Shown here: in pieces, positions 12,544-26,100 of the stretch
How positions within the stretch are numbered: the first letter of the stretch is position 1
Layout: every line of letters begins with the position of its first letter
Assembly (NCBI GenBank): GCA_964016885.1
Contig: OZ024743.1
Span: 78,120,001 to 78,184,000 of the forward strand
DNA length: 64,000 nt
Origin: Eledone cirrhosa
Lineage: Eukaryota
Direction of reading: 5' to 3'
Position numbers and translations under genes: made by a program
Notes under the pieces: model-generated
Told to the model about the DNA's origin: nothing
Seen by the model: the letters and a program-made list of their open reading frames with translations, nothing else
Database searches by the model: none

Positions 12544-13219
12544 TTAAGCTGAAAGTATGTTTTAGGTCAGTTGATACTTTAAATTTAAGTTATGTACAAA
12601 TATTAGTAGGGTTTGTTGTAGTGCAGGCTCAAGAATTAGGTTATGATTAGTTTAAAGTTTTTTTTTAACCAGATATTTTATATAGAGTTTAGAAATGAAT
12701 AATTAATTCTTTCATGACTGTGTTTCTAATGAAATACACTCTATTTTAATTAGTTAATTTATGAAGAATTTTGAGGGATTTACTAAAATTATTAATTATT
12801 TCATTACTAAGAGTGTAACTTAATGCAATGGAAGATATGGAAGATTTTAGTTTAAATTGGAAACCTTTAAAATGACTGATTTTATTTCATAGAACCAGAG
12901 TGGGGTTGGTAACTAAAGGGTTAACTCTTAATATCTTACACCACATGAAACCACATTAACAAGGCATTATTGAAAAGTACAAAACAACACTATGAATGCA
13001 TCACATAAAAAACTAGTCTTTATTAGCATATTTTTGCAATGTCTGTAAATGTACTATATACTTTTTGAATTAGCAAGACATTCTTAAAATCACAAAACAA
13101 CATTATAACTATATCACATTAAAAATTAGAGTCCCCCTCCTCCTTTGCCCACCTATAAGTGTGCAAAAGCTACATTTAAACACGATAAATTGACAGCTCA
13201 ATGTAATAATGACACAGTT

Positions 13220-13460
13220 ATCATGGATCTGGATCAAGGGAGGCTTCAATAATTATCTTGGTGTAAATGAAGGAAAAGGGATTCAGCATGATCAATGAAA
13301 AACAAGATCAGGAAAGAATATTATAGACGTGTTAAAATGGTCCAGAATAGAATTGAAGCTATAAACTCCATAGCTGTGCCTGTTGTCCAGTATAGCCTTA
13401 ATCAATTGGAGTTTGAATGAACTCCACCGTATGGACATAAAACTAGGAAACTGCTGACAT
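13220..13460 (+). mobile_element. R4/Dong-like LINE decayed fragment
   Basis: Broken reading RKEYYRRVK..NRIEAINSIAVPVVQYS..INWS..KTRKLLT. Confidence 0.55.
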
Positions 13461-13849
13461 TATCTCTTTAGCAATTAAAACCAGCCGTGTCTGGTCAGAA
13501 TTCTCCCACCTTTTTCTGTTCAAACTAGCTGTAAATGGCTATTCATATATATGTAAGATATTGCTCTCAAAATAAATATCAAAATCTTGTAGATTCGATA
13601 TTATGTGAGATAATTATGTGAGATAAAGTGTTTACCATGGAAATATAATAATAAATATAGAGTAATATAAATGCTAAAGGGTTAACATATTCGCCTGTTT
13701 ATATTTAAGCTAAAATATAAGTTATCACCTTTTTTGTCTTTTCAACTTCAAAATATCTACTTTACTGAACATTTCAATATCGTCACGTCATTTATTGTCA
13801 ATGTTTAAATCTCTATGTACCTTTAAATATGTAATTACAATAACTATAG

Positions 13850-14045
13850 CAGTAAAGTATCGGACAACATGCTTTTCAGCATAGTTACGACCCTTTATGT
13901 TCTGTGTTCAAATCCCAAAGTTAGCTTTGCCTTTCATCCTTAGAGGGTCGATAAAATAAAGTACCAGTAACTAACTGGGATCGATTTAATCGACTTTCTC
14001 CTTCCCACAAACATTGTTGGCCTTGTGCCTGAATTAGAAACCAAT
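13850..14045 (+). mobile_element. tRNA-derived SINE (related copies at about 4050-4170, 19020-19130, 48870-49080, 55855-56070, 62060-62125)
   Basis: GTTCAAATCC B-box followed by the recurrent core ttgcctttcatcc..gtcgataaaataaagtaccagt. Confidence 0.75.
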
Positions 14046-15879
14046 AATTATATCCTCTATAGAGAATAATCTATTATTTTTCTACTGGTTTTCATAGACT
14101 AATAGCATCTATATTTATTAGGTTTTTTCCATACGCTGACGTGTATGTGTGTTAGTGCATATGCATACATTTATATGTATGAGTATATAAATATAAATAC
14201 GCAAACACAGACATGCTTACAAAAAAAACACACTCACAGACATACATTCACACAAACACACACACATACATTTACAGAAACACACATACACTTACACACA
14301 GCGTAGTTTTTTCACCATCCCGTTCCTTCTTTTTACACACACATACATTCACACATGCAGCAGACATAAAGAGAGAGGAGTAGTATGAGGTAGTCAAACT
14401 ACTCCTCTCTATTTACATGTTGAGACAGAATCGCAGAAATTTATATATAGATTTCATTACTGTAGAGCTGACAAGTATAACTCTATGTCAATGTAACAAT
14501 ATATATTTTCAAAACAAATGTATATATATATATATCTCACTTGACTTTATTTATTGTAAGTGAAACAAGTAAAATATGATTTAATTCCAACAATAACCTT
14601 GTTTCTTTATTGAATATATATAATTCAAGATTTCAAAAAAGGAAACAGTCACAAAAATACAATTACACAAAGTCTTATTAATTTCATGCTTACAGGAAAA
14701 GGATGAAGAATGATTCAACATATTGGATGTTATTCCTTCATCAAGAACAAGTAAAGTTATGAGAAAGAGTAAGCTGGAAGATTGAAAACATATGTATGTG
14801 TGTACTGGAGCCACAAAAAAGGTCCCAGTACATGATTTTAAGTTGTCAGCACTAGGAAGGATATCTAGCTGTAGAAAACCAAACACAAAACATAACCTAT
14901 GAGCAAGATGTGGCCCCCTAATCTGTCGAGCCTCATAATGTGATAACCCATCTCCCCCATGCAGGCATGGGAAACAGATATTAAACAGTGAAAGCTGATG
15001 ATAATGATATATGGATATATGTATGTGTATATAACATTGTAATAAAGGACATGTGATATATATGATATATATATGTGTGTGTGTTTCAGTTCAATAATCC
15101 ATGCTGTTTGATCTAAACAATCAATTAATTATAGTGTAATCCAACATAAGCACTCCACGTCAATGGTATCTATAAAGATATTACATATATAGTATCAAAC
15201 GGATTGTCAATATTTAGTAAGAAAAGACGATTTTACATTTTCTCCTTCAGATTATTGTCTTTTATCTTACCCATTATGCACATTTCAAAGGCATTAAAAT
15301 GTCATTGGGTAATAGTTATTTAATGCATGTTCGCCAGTGAGGTGCTGAAAATGTAAACAGAGTTTTGATTTTGGGTTTTTGATATGTTCACTGTTGAAGA
15401 GATGTTGTTCATTTGGGATATATATAACAACCTACTACAGGACATGACTATAATTGAGAGATGATAGATACATATCAATAGATATTGTATATGCATATTG
15501 CCTATATTTTACCTTTTTCTCTACCAAAATACAGTCGCTGTATCTTCTATTAACTAAATGTGTGCAGTCTGAACAGCTGATTGCAGTTGAATTTCTGCAA
15601 TTCAGCAGATTCATTGAGTGAGCTAGACGTTGGCTGGAGAACGTTGACTTAATACCAGCGATCTTCATCACTTTTATTTTATATATATATATATATGAGA
15701 GAGAGATAATAAGAGTGAAAAATAACCCTCTATTATTTTGGTTAGGTGTGTCGAGCTTCATACATTAGTATAGAAATAATTGTAAAAATTAAAGATGGAA
15801 TTTGAATAACAACCTTTTTTTTCCCTTTTTGCATTAATTATAAATATATATATGTGTGTATGTATGTGTGTGTGTGTGT

Positions 15880-15938
<59 letters not shown>

Positions 15939-16346
15939 TGCGGTGCTGAGACCAATGGCACCACTGATCATGTCCGTACTCGTTACATGGGGAGATGTAG
16001 AGTGGCATTACAGTTGGGATTTTACACATCTATATGTGTATATATATATTATATATAGATCTATAAACTCAAAATAGTCTTTTACAATTAAATAACTCAA
16101 AGAAAGGAATATTTCCGAGCCGTATAATACAAATGAATATATGATAGGGATAAACACTGATACAAGTATACATGTGTTCGCATTGCAAATGACCAAGTTA
16201 GCTAGATTGAAAAATACTAATTAAAATAATACGGTTTGTCTGTCTCGATTTAAAATAATAAATCAATAAAAACAAACCTATATTGGCAATAGCCGTGATA
16301 CCCGGACAGATTTTAAATTATATATATATGTATATATATATCTGTG

Positions 16347-16378
<32 letters not shown>

Positions 16379-16387
16379 TATACATAC

Positions 16388-16502
<115 letters not shown>

Positions 16503-16547
16503 GTGACGAAACATAAGTCAATTGCATGAACGCATAATCCTTTATTT

Positions 16548-16603
16548 ACTGCTATATATATTTCGATGATAGCCATTGAATGGCTATGACCTCATCAGGC
16601 AGT
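16548..16603 (-). ncRNA. Type I hammerhead ribozyme
   Basis: Minus: actgc-CTGATGA-ggtcatagccattcaatggctatcatc-GAAA-tatata-TA-gcagt. Confidence 0.75.
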
Positions 16604-16819
16604 TAGTCAGTTCTTAGATATGCCAGCTCTGTGTGTATAGCGTTGATGGTATCAGAGCCTTGGGACATATGAGCTTGTTAGGAATATTTTGATGTTGTCA
16701 GCAGGAATAGTCTTGATTCTCATTGGTCAGTTTGTAGATGGTAGTAGGTTGGTATTTGACCTCAAAGAGGCAGGTGGTTCTGTAAGGTTCAAACCGTCAG
16801 GCAAGATGACAATAGTTCC

Positions 16820-16852
<33 letters not shown>

Positions 16853-16887
16853 TTACAATAATCAAAGTTCAGTTTAAATCATTTATT

Positions 16888-16934
16888 TGCTTACAATTGT
16901 TTCCTCCAAGCCGAGGTTTGGATTCTTCGGACCA
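16888..16934 (-). ncRNA. Degenerate hammerhead-like motif (CCGAAGA core)
   Basis: Minus: CCGAAGA-atccaa..ttggag-GAAA-caattg-TA; weak stem I; same family as 55002-55048. Confidence 0.4.
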
Positions 16935-17520
16935 CCCTGGTGATATTTGAATTTACCAGGGATTCAGTCATACAATGACCCGGAACTTACCGGGAGTCTT
17001 ATATAGTAATAAGACCCTTATTAGTAATAAGACCCTTATACATATAATTGATTTTGAAGTCTGTCTCTTCTTATAGATTGTTCAGGTGTGGCACTCCATA
17101 TTGGATTGTAATCATCATGATATGAACTCCTTTAGTACTTCTTAATAGACTGCACTCTAATTTATAGATAAGAAACCTAATTTAATTTATATATGAGATG
17201 GGAGTTTATGTATTGCTGGATGGCCAGACTAGTGTCTTTATATGAGAGAATTGATCTCCGGACCACCCTGGAGATATTTAAATTTGCCAAGGATTCAGAC
17301 ATACAATGACCCAGAGCTTACCGGGAGTCATATATAATAATAAGACCATGCCAGGTTCTGCGGGTGGACTACACTTACAAAGAACATTGATTTGGAGGTT
17401 TGACTCTTCTTATAGAATGTTCAGATATGACACTCCTTAATAGAAGGTAATCATCCTGATATATACACCTTTAGTACTTCTTAATAGACTACACTGTAAC
17501 CTATAGATAAGTAACCTAAT
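16926..17520. repeat. Imperfect tandem duplication, period about 331 bp
   Basis: ggaccaccctgg..gacccggaacttaccgggagtc..tttagtacttcttaatagact occurs twice. Confidence 0.75.
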
Positions 17521-18127
17521 CTAGAAATTAGTTATAACATCATATGATAGGCACTTATTTGAAACACCATTAATGTAATTTAGGATAATAAATTTAACTA
17601 AGAAAATCAGCTAGTTACCTCCCCTTACGCATTAACTCCCCTTGGTCACACACACACTTCTGGAATATAATATCATCTCACAAAACTAAACACCATGATC
17701 TATTAATTAAGAATCGACAAGATATGGTTTATAACTTGGTTCTATGCTGAACCATCGTGGATTGTATGATAGACCTGTAGTCTATATATTGCGTTTCATG
17801 GATTATGTGAGTGGTGGTGTGCGCGAAGACAGTGGTACTGTTTTGCCTATGTTATAATATGTTTTATAATATGTTTGATATTTTTGATATTTTGGTGTTT
17901 ATCTACATTCGGGATTGTATATCATACAGGTGTATGCGAAAAAATGATTTAACAATACAGCCCACATAATACTATCGATTGCCTGCTTTAACTGCCTGAT
18001 CCTACAATTAACAATCTACCGCACTCTAATCCTGTATAAATAAGGCACGCGTGCATGCTACACGTGAGATTGTTTCATACACTGCCTACTCTAAACTTTC
18101 CTCTTGCTTTATCTTCATAAACTGCCA

Positions 18128-18209
18128 ATGTTTTTGTTTTTGTTTTTGTTTTTGTTTTTGTTTTTGTTTTTGTTTTTGTTTTAGTTTTACTTTTACTTTT
18201 ACTTTTATT

Positions 18210-18246
<37 letters not shown>

Positions 18247-18340
18247 TTATTTTTTTTAGTTTTAGTTTTAGTTTTAGTTTTAGTTTTATTTTTATTTTTA
18301 TTTTTATTTTTATTTTTATTTTTATTTTTATTTTTATTTT
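18128..18340. repeat. Compound T-rich microsatellite
   Basis: (TTTTTG)n, (TTTTAC)n, Tn, (TTTTAG)n, (TTTTTA)n in series. Confidence 0.9.
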
Positions 18341-18352
18341 TAACCTTTATAT

Positions 18353-18397
18353 GTAAATTGCCATGCTATATCATTATGATATAGCATGGCAATTTAC
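18353..18397. repeat. 45-bp palindrome
   Basis: gtaaattgccatgctatatcat-t-atgatatagcatggcaatttac. Confidence 0.9.
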
Positions 18398-18573
18398 TAT
18401 AATCTCTATATAACTGCTCTGTAAAACAACCGATGTTATTACATTGAGCTATTTATCTTACTGGTAATAAGATAGTAATGAATGACTATCTTTCACTATT
18501 TGGGGTTTGTATAAAAAATATATAACCATAAAAGGTTTTATTATATACATAACCATAAATAGTATCCTTAATA

Positions 18574-18614
<41 letters not shown>

Positions 18615-18669
18615 GTGAGGTTTTTTTTACAAATTGAAAAATAACCGAGGTGTCCTACACGACTGAAAG

Positions 18670-18972
18670 TATAAAGAAAAAGAGATGAAATCGAAAATGC
18701 AACTGGAGTCTTATTTTTTAAAAAAATATATATATTTATTTGGTTCCTTTACCGGTTTCGCAGTTCTTCTGCTTTTCAAAAGTAGACTTGAGATGGAGGG
18801 TCTGTGGTTTTTCTCACATCAGATGTGAGAAAAACCACAGACCCTCCATCTCAACTCTACTTTTGAAAAGCAGAAGAACTGCGAAACCGGTAAAGGAACC
18901 AAATAAATATATATATTTTTAAAAAAAATAAGACTCCAGTTGCATTTTCGATTTCATCTCTTTTTCTTTATA
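18670..18972. repeat. Near-perfect 303-bp palindrome beside (TA)n
   Basis: Centre 18821 (ctcacatc-a-gatgtgag); one mismatch noticed. Confidence 0.92.
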
Positions 18973-19173
18973 TATATATATATATATATATAGGAGGTGA
19001 GTTTTATTTTAGTACAATAAAGCAATGCAAATATCGGATAAGTAGCACTCTACAGTTTGTAGGACTGGAGTCTAAATAATTGTTTTTACCTTTGGCACAA
19101 GGCCAGCAATTACCCAGTGCATTACTGGAGTATAAATAATATAAGATCAAAAGATGGTTAAAAGAGTTCCAAG

Positions 19174-19244
19174 TATTTTATTATGCGCATTTCAAAAACA
19201 AATATCATCATGAGATGATATCTGCGTTTTCATCAGATAAAATA
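19174..19244 (-). ncRNA. Type I hammerhead ribozyme, mirror copy
   Basis: Reverse complement of 19363-19433. Confidence 0.82.
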
Positions 19245-19362
19245 GGGATACATGATATGAAGGTTAAAAAATACTTGTGAATAGTGAAGTTTTAAATCAA
19301 CATATGTTGATTTAAAACTTCACTATTCACAAGTGTTTTTTAACCTTCATATCATGTATCCC

Positions 19363-19433
19363 TATTTTATCTGATGAAAACGCAGATATCATCTCATGAT
19401 GATATTTGTTTTTGAAATGCGCATAATAAAATA
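19363..19433 (+). ncRNA. Type I hammerhead ribozyme
   Basis: tattttat-CTGATGA-aaacgcagatatcatc..gatgatatttgttttt-GAAA-tgcgca-TA-ataaaata. Confidence 0.85.
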
Positions 19434-19612
19434 CTTGGAACTCTTTTAACCATCTTTTGATCTTATATTATATATATATATGGAAAGTTATATTTAAAAT
19501 TGTTGGGTTACAACTAGTAAATATTTATAACTGATATAAAAGCACTCGACAAATATTTGGAGTATATTTACAATATTAAATAAATGGAAACTATATTTAT
19601 AAAACCATATTT

Positions 19613-19676
19613 ATTTCATTATATATATTTCGGGGATATCATATTAACAATATGCTATGCCTTCCTCAGACAAAAT
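19613..19676 (-). ncRNA. Type I hammerhead ribozyme within an inverted repeat (arms 19569-19651 and 19679-19761)
   Basis: Minus: attttgt-CTGAGGA-aggcatagcatat..atatgatatcccc-GAAA-tatata-TA-atgaaat. Confidence 0.7.
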
Positions 19677-19922
19677 ACATTGTTAATATGATATCCCCGA
19701 AATATATATAATGAAATAAATATGGTTTTATAAATATAGTTTCCATTTATTTAATATTGTATATATATATATATATATATATGTACATATAAGTGTAGTG
19801 TTTGTACCAGAGTTTTCAAGTCACTGGCTGGACTAAAAAGTCACACTCGTTCAGCGCATCGGTAGGGGTTCTCCTACATGCATATAAAGTAGTGGCCATA
19901 CTCGAAAACGAGTTGGCAGCCA

Positions 19923-20109
<187 letters not shown>

Positions 20110-20114
20110 TATGT

Positions 20115-20597
20115 ATATCATCATCACCGTTTTACGTCCGTTCTTCCACGCTAGCATGGGTTAGACGGGTTGTCCTGTTGTGGGCAGTGTCTGGTCGGCT
20201 GACCATGCCTTGCTCATACAGGAACTGATTTTGGCTTGCTTTCTACAGCTGGATGCCCTTCCTAACACCAACCTCATTTACAGTGAGTGCTGGGTGCTTT
20301 TTTCCGTGGCGCCTACACGTCCACTTTACAGTGTGGGTTGGGTGCTTTTTTACCGTGGCACCTCCACGACCACTTTGCAGTGGAAGGGTGTGGGGGTATA
20401 TTGTCTGTATGCATCAGCTTGTACCCATGGGAGGTCGGGTACTCTGTATTACTGCGTGACGCCAGAGGTCACGATCGTGTGTCATTGACTTTGAGAGGTG
20501 TAATTGGGTAAGGTCGGCTTTTATCACCTCATCCCAGGTCTTCTTGGGTCTCCCCACTCCGCGGCTTCCATTGACTTCTAGTGCTCTGCACCTTTTT
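20115..20597 (-). mobile_element. 5'-truncated RTE LINE 3' end
   Basis: Reverse complement of the last ~500 bp of RTE 42082-44740, including the (GAT)n tail. Confidence 0.85.
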
Positions 20598-20648
20598 ATG
20601 TATATGTGTATACATTTATGTGTGTGTGTGTGTGTATATATATAAATA

Positions 20649-20731
<83 letters not shown>

Positions 20732-20776
20732 GTGTATACATGTATGTATGTGTGTGTGTGTATATATGTATATATA

Positions 20777-20868
<92 letters not shown>

Positions 20869-20899
20869 ACCCATTTCCAACCACGCGCCACGCCATTTT

Positions 20900-20943
<44 letters not shown>

Positions 20944-20974
20944 GTATATACACGTATGTGTTTGTGTGTATATG

Positions 20975-21010
<36 letters not shown>

Positions 21011-21041
21011 TATATATATATATATATATATATAAATATAT

Positions 21042-21153
21042 ATAGGAACCAGTAAGACCCCGACGGCTGAGCTCAAGCCGTTTCGACGGCTAATTCTGGA
21101 ATTAGCCGTCGAAACGGCTTGAGCTCAGCCGTCGGGGTCTTACTGGTTCCTAT
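21042..21153. repeat. 112-bp palindrome made from the 3' half of an HHR
   Basis: Centre aattc-tg-gaatt; right arm gccgtc-GAAAC-ggcttgagctcagcc-GTC-gggg. Confidence 0.85.
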
Positions 21154-21252
21154 TACCCACTCTACTACTCTAAGTATTGAGTACTTTGGTGCGTTATGGT
21201 CCACCGGGTTCCTTACCACATTTCCTTCGTTATAAATATATATATATATATA

Positions 21253-23105
21253 GGCATACGTCAAAACGGTCGGTCGCAAAAGTGAAACAAATTTTTGACG
21301 ACAGTTACGTACGTCATTACTTTCAATTTGGATTGGGAATTTGTTTGTTTTTTTACAACAGGTCTCAATAGTGAAAGTGAATTTTGTTGATGGTGTTAAT
21401 TAGTATTGCGTGTACGTGATAATTTTTTTAATTCTTTTTTTGTGTATTGTGTGTACGTAAAAAAATTTTTTAAATAATGACATTGTGTTGAAATAAATAA
21501 ATATTGAAAATCCTTATTTAAATAGTGACATTGTGTGTTGAAATAAATAAATATCGAAAATCCTTATTACACCCTATAAATAGCTGAAATACAGTTGATC
21601 ATCTCGCCAAACTTGTTGGCACCAACTCTCTGTCGCCAAAGAAATTAAGGTAGGGTCATAAGAAGGACAGAGAATGATAAGGGATTTGGGTCAGAGGGGC
21701 AGCTTGTGGTCAGAAAGGCAGATTGGCGTCAGAAGAGCTGGGAACATTTTTTTTTTTTTTAAACTTAGCACCGAAGGGCTGGATTGTAATACAGTGTCAC
21801 ATCAAATATGGCTGGACGAGTGTATGGTCGCGTTACCTTAGTTGAAGATATTTTGGATACCAATGCTATTCTTAATCGTTTTGAAACAGTGTATACACTG
21901 TTCCCGGCGATACACGGTGACACGTTGTGTATGTTACAGTGGTTGGCGAGTCGGCGTCTGTTGGCGAACAGTGTGAATTGTCCTGTCTGCAATGAGGCGT
22001 GCACATTGCAAAGAAATTCTGAGGGGATTGATAAATGGAGATGGCGATGCGCCCGCGATAAATTTAGTCAATCGGTGCGACGGAATTCTTTATTTTATCG
22101 AAGCCGTGTTCGACTCGAACACCTTATTGGCATTATCTATATGTGGTGCTACGATCATGCCCAAACTGAGATGATGAGAGAAACAGGACTTAGCAAGCCG
22201 ACAATTATAGACTGGTACAATTTCCTTAGAGAAATTTGTGAGCAGTATTTGGAGGCGAATCCTCAACAGCTTGGAGGATTCGATGAGAATGGTTCGTCGA
22301 TCATTGTAGAGATCAACGAATCAAAATACTTTCATAGAAAGTATCATCGTGGCCAGTGGAGACAAGGCCACTGGGTCTTCGGCGCCGTAGAACGCCATTT
22401 GGACGCTGCTGCCTCATCGAAGTCCAAGATCGAAGCCGTGAGACTCTTGTCCCCATCATACAGCAATGGATTTTGCCCGGAAGCCACATCATGTCTGATG
22501 GTTGGGCTTCCTATTCGGATATTGAAGACATTCAAGGTGGCATTTACCTCCATGATGTTGTTGTGCACCTACGGAACTTTGTAGATCCTGAAGACCCTAA
22601 TGTGCACACACAACTCAGAGAACACATGGAGCCGTGCAAAGAAAAAGTTTCGTCGCCAGCATGGGACAAGCGATGCTTTATTCCCCTCATATCTAGCTGA
22701 ATTTCTTTGGCGGTAGAGAGTTGGTGCCAACAAGTTTGGCGAGATGATCAACTGTATTTCAGCTATTTATAGTGTGTAATAAGGATTTTCATAAGGTACG
22801 TCAATTTATATTTTATATGCAACAAACGTACAACTATGTAGTTATTTTTAAAAAAAAAATGTATTTCTTTCAACACACAATGTCATTATTTAAAAAAAAA
22901 TTTCCGTACACACAATACACAAAAAAATAAAAAAATATATATATCACGTACACGCAATACTAATTAACACCATCAACAAAATTCACTTTCATTATTGAGA
23001 CCTGTTGTAAAAAAACAAACAAATTCGCAATCCAAATTGAAAGTAATGACGTACGTAACTGTCGTCAAAAATTTGTTTCACTTTTGCGACCGGCCGTTTT
23101 GACGT

Positions 23106-23110
<5 letters not shown>
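21253..23110 (+). mobile_element. Merlin (IS1595/ISXO2-like) DNA transposon, defective
   Basis: Long TIRs starting GGCATACGTCAAAACGG; transposase 21808 to about 22780 with CPVC..WRC zinc ribbon, VEINES (D to N), WVFGAVER, IMSDGWASY, NFVDP..HTQ; frameshifts; (TA)n flanks. Confidence 0.9.
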
Positions 23111-23136
<26 letters not shown>

Positions 23137-23142
<6 letters not shown>

Positions 23143-26100
23143 AGTGTGCCACCGAAGAGCTGTTCATTTCCTTTCAAATCTTTTAGTGTGTTATTAAGCG
23201 CTTCCAATGATTTTTTGTGCGCCATAGTACATTCGTCCCATATAATGATTTGACATGATTGGAGTACTTTACCTATACCAGAATTTTTGGTGATATTGCA
23301 TGTTGGTGTCTCAGTGATTTGCATATTCAATGGCAATTTCAGTGCTGAATGTGCCATTCGGCCACCATCCAAAAGAGTTGCCGCAATTCCAGATGATGCG
23401 ATTGCCAGTGCAATATTATTTTGTGATCGTATAGTTGCCAAAATAAGTGAAATGAGAAAGGTTTTGCCTGTACCACCGGGCGCATCTATAAAATACAATC
23501 CGCCGCTTTGATTTGTAATTGCTTGCATAATTTTGTCATATACTATGCGTTGTTCTGGTACCAATTTCAGAAGATTCGTTTGAACAAATGTACCCAATTC
23601 GGCGACATCAAAGTTTGTTTCTCGTTGCAAATCACGATCGAAAATGTTGTTTACAGATCGATTCGGCGCAGGCATTCACAATTGTACCAGTGTTTTGTTA
23701 GCGATTGCTAAACATATGACCTCAATCGAAACCAATGCTTCATTATACACGATTGGTGTGAATTGAATATTCAGATTTTGATTTGTTGCACGCAAACGAT
23801 GTAGTATGTCTTCACTCATGTAGTCTTTGTATTTTTCCCAAAGATCTTTTGGATTTGATGGAAAGCACGTTGTCAATATTATTGCGAATAACGTGCGTAT
23901 TTGCTGTGGTCGAGGAGTATTCGATGCATCAGCGAGTCAAGTGTCCCAATGTCCATAATTTTCAAGAAGATTTAATTTTTGGCAAGCTTCACGATAAGTG
24001 GCACATACTTGACCGTTTACTGATCTCAATTCTTGGAATAATGTCGGTCCACGTACGTTGATTAACAATAATCGCAAGTAAAAGCATTCTGCATTATTTG
24101 GGTGAACAGTGTACAAACGGCCTAACGCGTCGGTCGAATATAAATTTGGATGTCCTTCAACTACTTTACCCTGTTTGCGACGTTTAAACTTTTTCGTTGA
24201 TGTATTCCATGTGTAATATGTTGGCACTTCAGAATAAAGTATGTCTTTGCAAACACATCTTCACTGCACAATGAGAAAAACGCAGTTAACGTTGTTGGCG
24301 GTGGTGTCAATGCCCTTGCACGTATATTTTCAGTTGTGAAGTATACGCGCTGTCCATTTTCAAGGTGCACTGCCAAATGAACAACTGTTGGATGTCAATA
24401 ATGGATTGGAAATGATAAAATGCGCCATACTGCTTCATTACTACTAATGTAGCGTCCCAGTTGGTATTGGTCGATTTCATCGATAGATGCATTTGCATTG
24501 CACACTCCAAAAGCTGCCACATCGCTTCCTTTGTTGATATATTTGTAAATGTACTTGATCGCTTTCACCGAATTGCAATACTCGACATTGATGTGTGCTT
24601 TGAACGTCTTTGAGAGTAACGGTGAATATGGTACAACCCAACGATTATCGACTTCAACATAATTGTTTCGTACTTTTAAAGTGATGGATTTGCCGCCATC
24701 TTCAGTTGCTCGTCGACGATAGAGTGGATATCCGTCATTGCCAGTGATAGTCTCGGCAATTAAGTCTCTTGGGTATTGTTTCGTGCATTTCCCATCAGAC
24801 ATGCATGATGAATTGTTGTTGAGTAAGCCACATGGACCATGAATCATGTTTTTAGTGACGACTTCAAATAAGTCTGGATCAACGTCGACATCTGGTATTT
24901 CTGCTGAGATGATTTGATCAATTTGATCTGGTGTGACTTTTTCAATTAACCAAATCAAAATGTGTGCATGTGGCAATCCTCTTTTTTGCCATTCAATGGA
25001 AAACATCCAACAGCGTGTCTCTCCAAAAACATGATGCTTGACAATTAAATCCGTTAAAGATTTCAATTTTTGTTTGAACACACGCGCTGTAATATCATGA
25101 CGATCCGAAGACGATTGACCAGGTAACAAAAGTTCTTTAATTCCATCCCACGTAGGATTGCATGTGAATGTAATAAAAAAAATCTGGACGGCCATATGCG
25201 CGAACATATGTCATTGCATCTTGTGCGTATTCATGCATGTGCCGTGGGCTCCCTGTAAATGTAGCCGGCAGTATGACCATTTTCCCCAATTCATTAGGAT
25301 TCATATTGCCATCATTAACAATCGCATCACGTAAATGAATGTACTCTTCTGAACGTAGCTTGGTTTGATTCAATCGAATGTAGAGGAGTCGTTCGGTTTC
25401 GATTTTTGCATACATATCGACAATATATTGATGGAACAATTGTCGACATTTCAAAATATGATTTTTACCGTTTTCACGAATCATTAATCTATATGAATAA
25501 TAATTCATGGCACTGACTTTCTTATTCGTTTCCTCATCTGTTTGTGGATTTCTCAGTTTGATGTTGAAATGATATCCATCTTCTCCTTGCCAAAATAAAA
25601 TCGGATATTGCAAACCATCGTATGACCGATGCGTTTCTGAGACTCGCTGAACATCACCATTTCTGCGGTGAAGAATTATATCACGCGAGTTAATTTCTTC
25701 ACCTACAATAACGATCGCCACTTCATCAATTGTTGGTGCATTGTACTGTCTTTGATGTTAGCCAACAGGTGTTTTGTCTGCTCTAACTACAATTGTGTAG
25801 TCATCACTTGGCATTTGTTCAAGGGCAGCTCTGAACAATCGAATTAATTTGTTGTGTTGATTGAATAAAGTTTGTAATGCAGTAACAATTTCTCGTTTAG
25901 TTCCCGTATTGAATTTGCAACGTTGATCTATTTGGTCATCAGTGTTTCCCATGAAATAAATTTGAAGAAATTTGTGATCTGCGTCCGGCAGTGGTAGTAG
26001 TGATCCAGCACGATGATAAATTTGCCCTTGCACTTTGAATGTTGGCATGTAATTCTCGTGCACGATATTTGTTGCACCGAACGATGTCATTTGGAAACAT

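Larger units (their letters stand above)
19136..19471. repeat. Near-perfect 336-bp palindrome carrying two opposed HHRs
   Basis: Centre caacat|atgttg at 19303/19304. Confidence 0.92.

Noticed and set aside
21808-22780. Bacterial IS1595 contamination or recent bacterial transfer
   Set aside because: Eukaryotic Merlin elements are IS1595-related; it has long TIRs and a cognate MITE in the same intron
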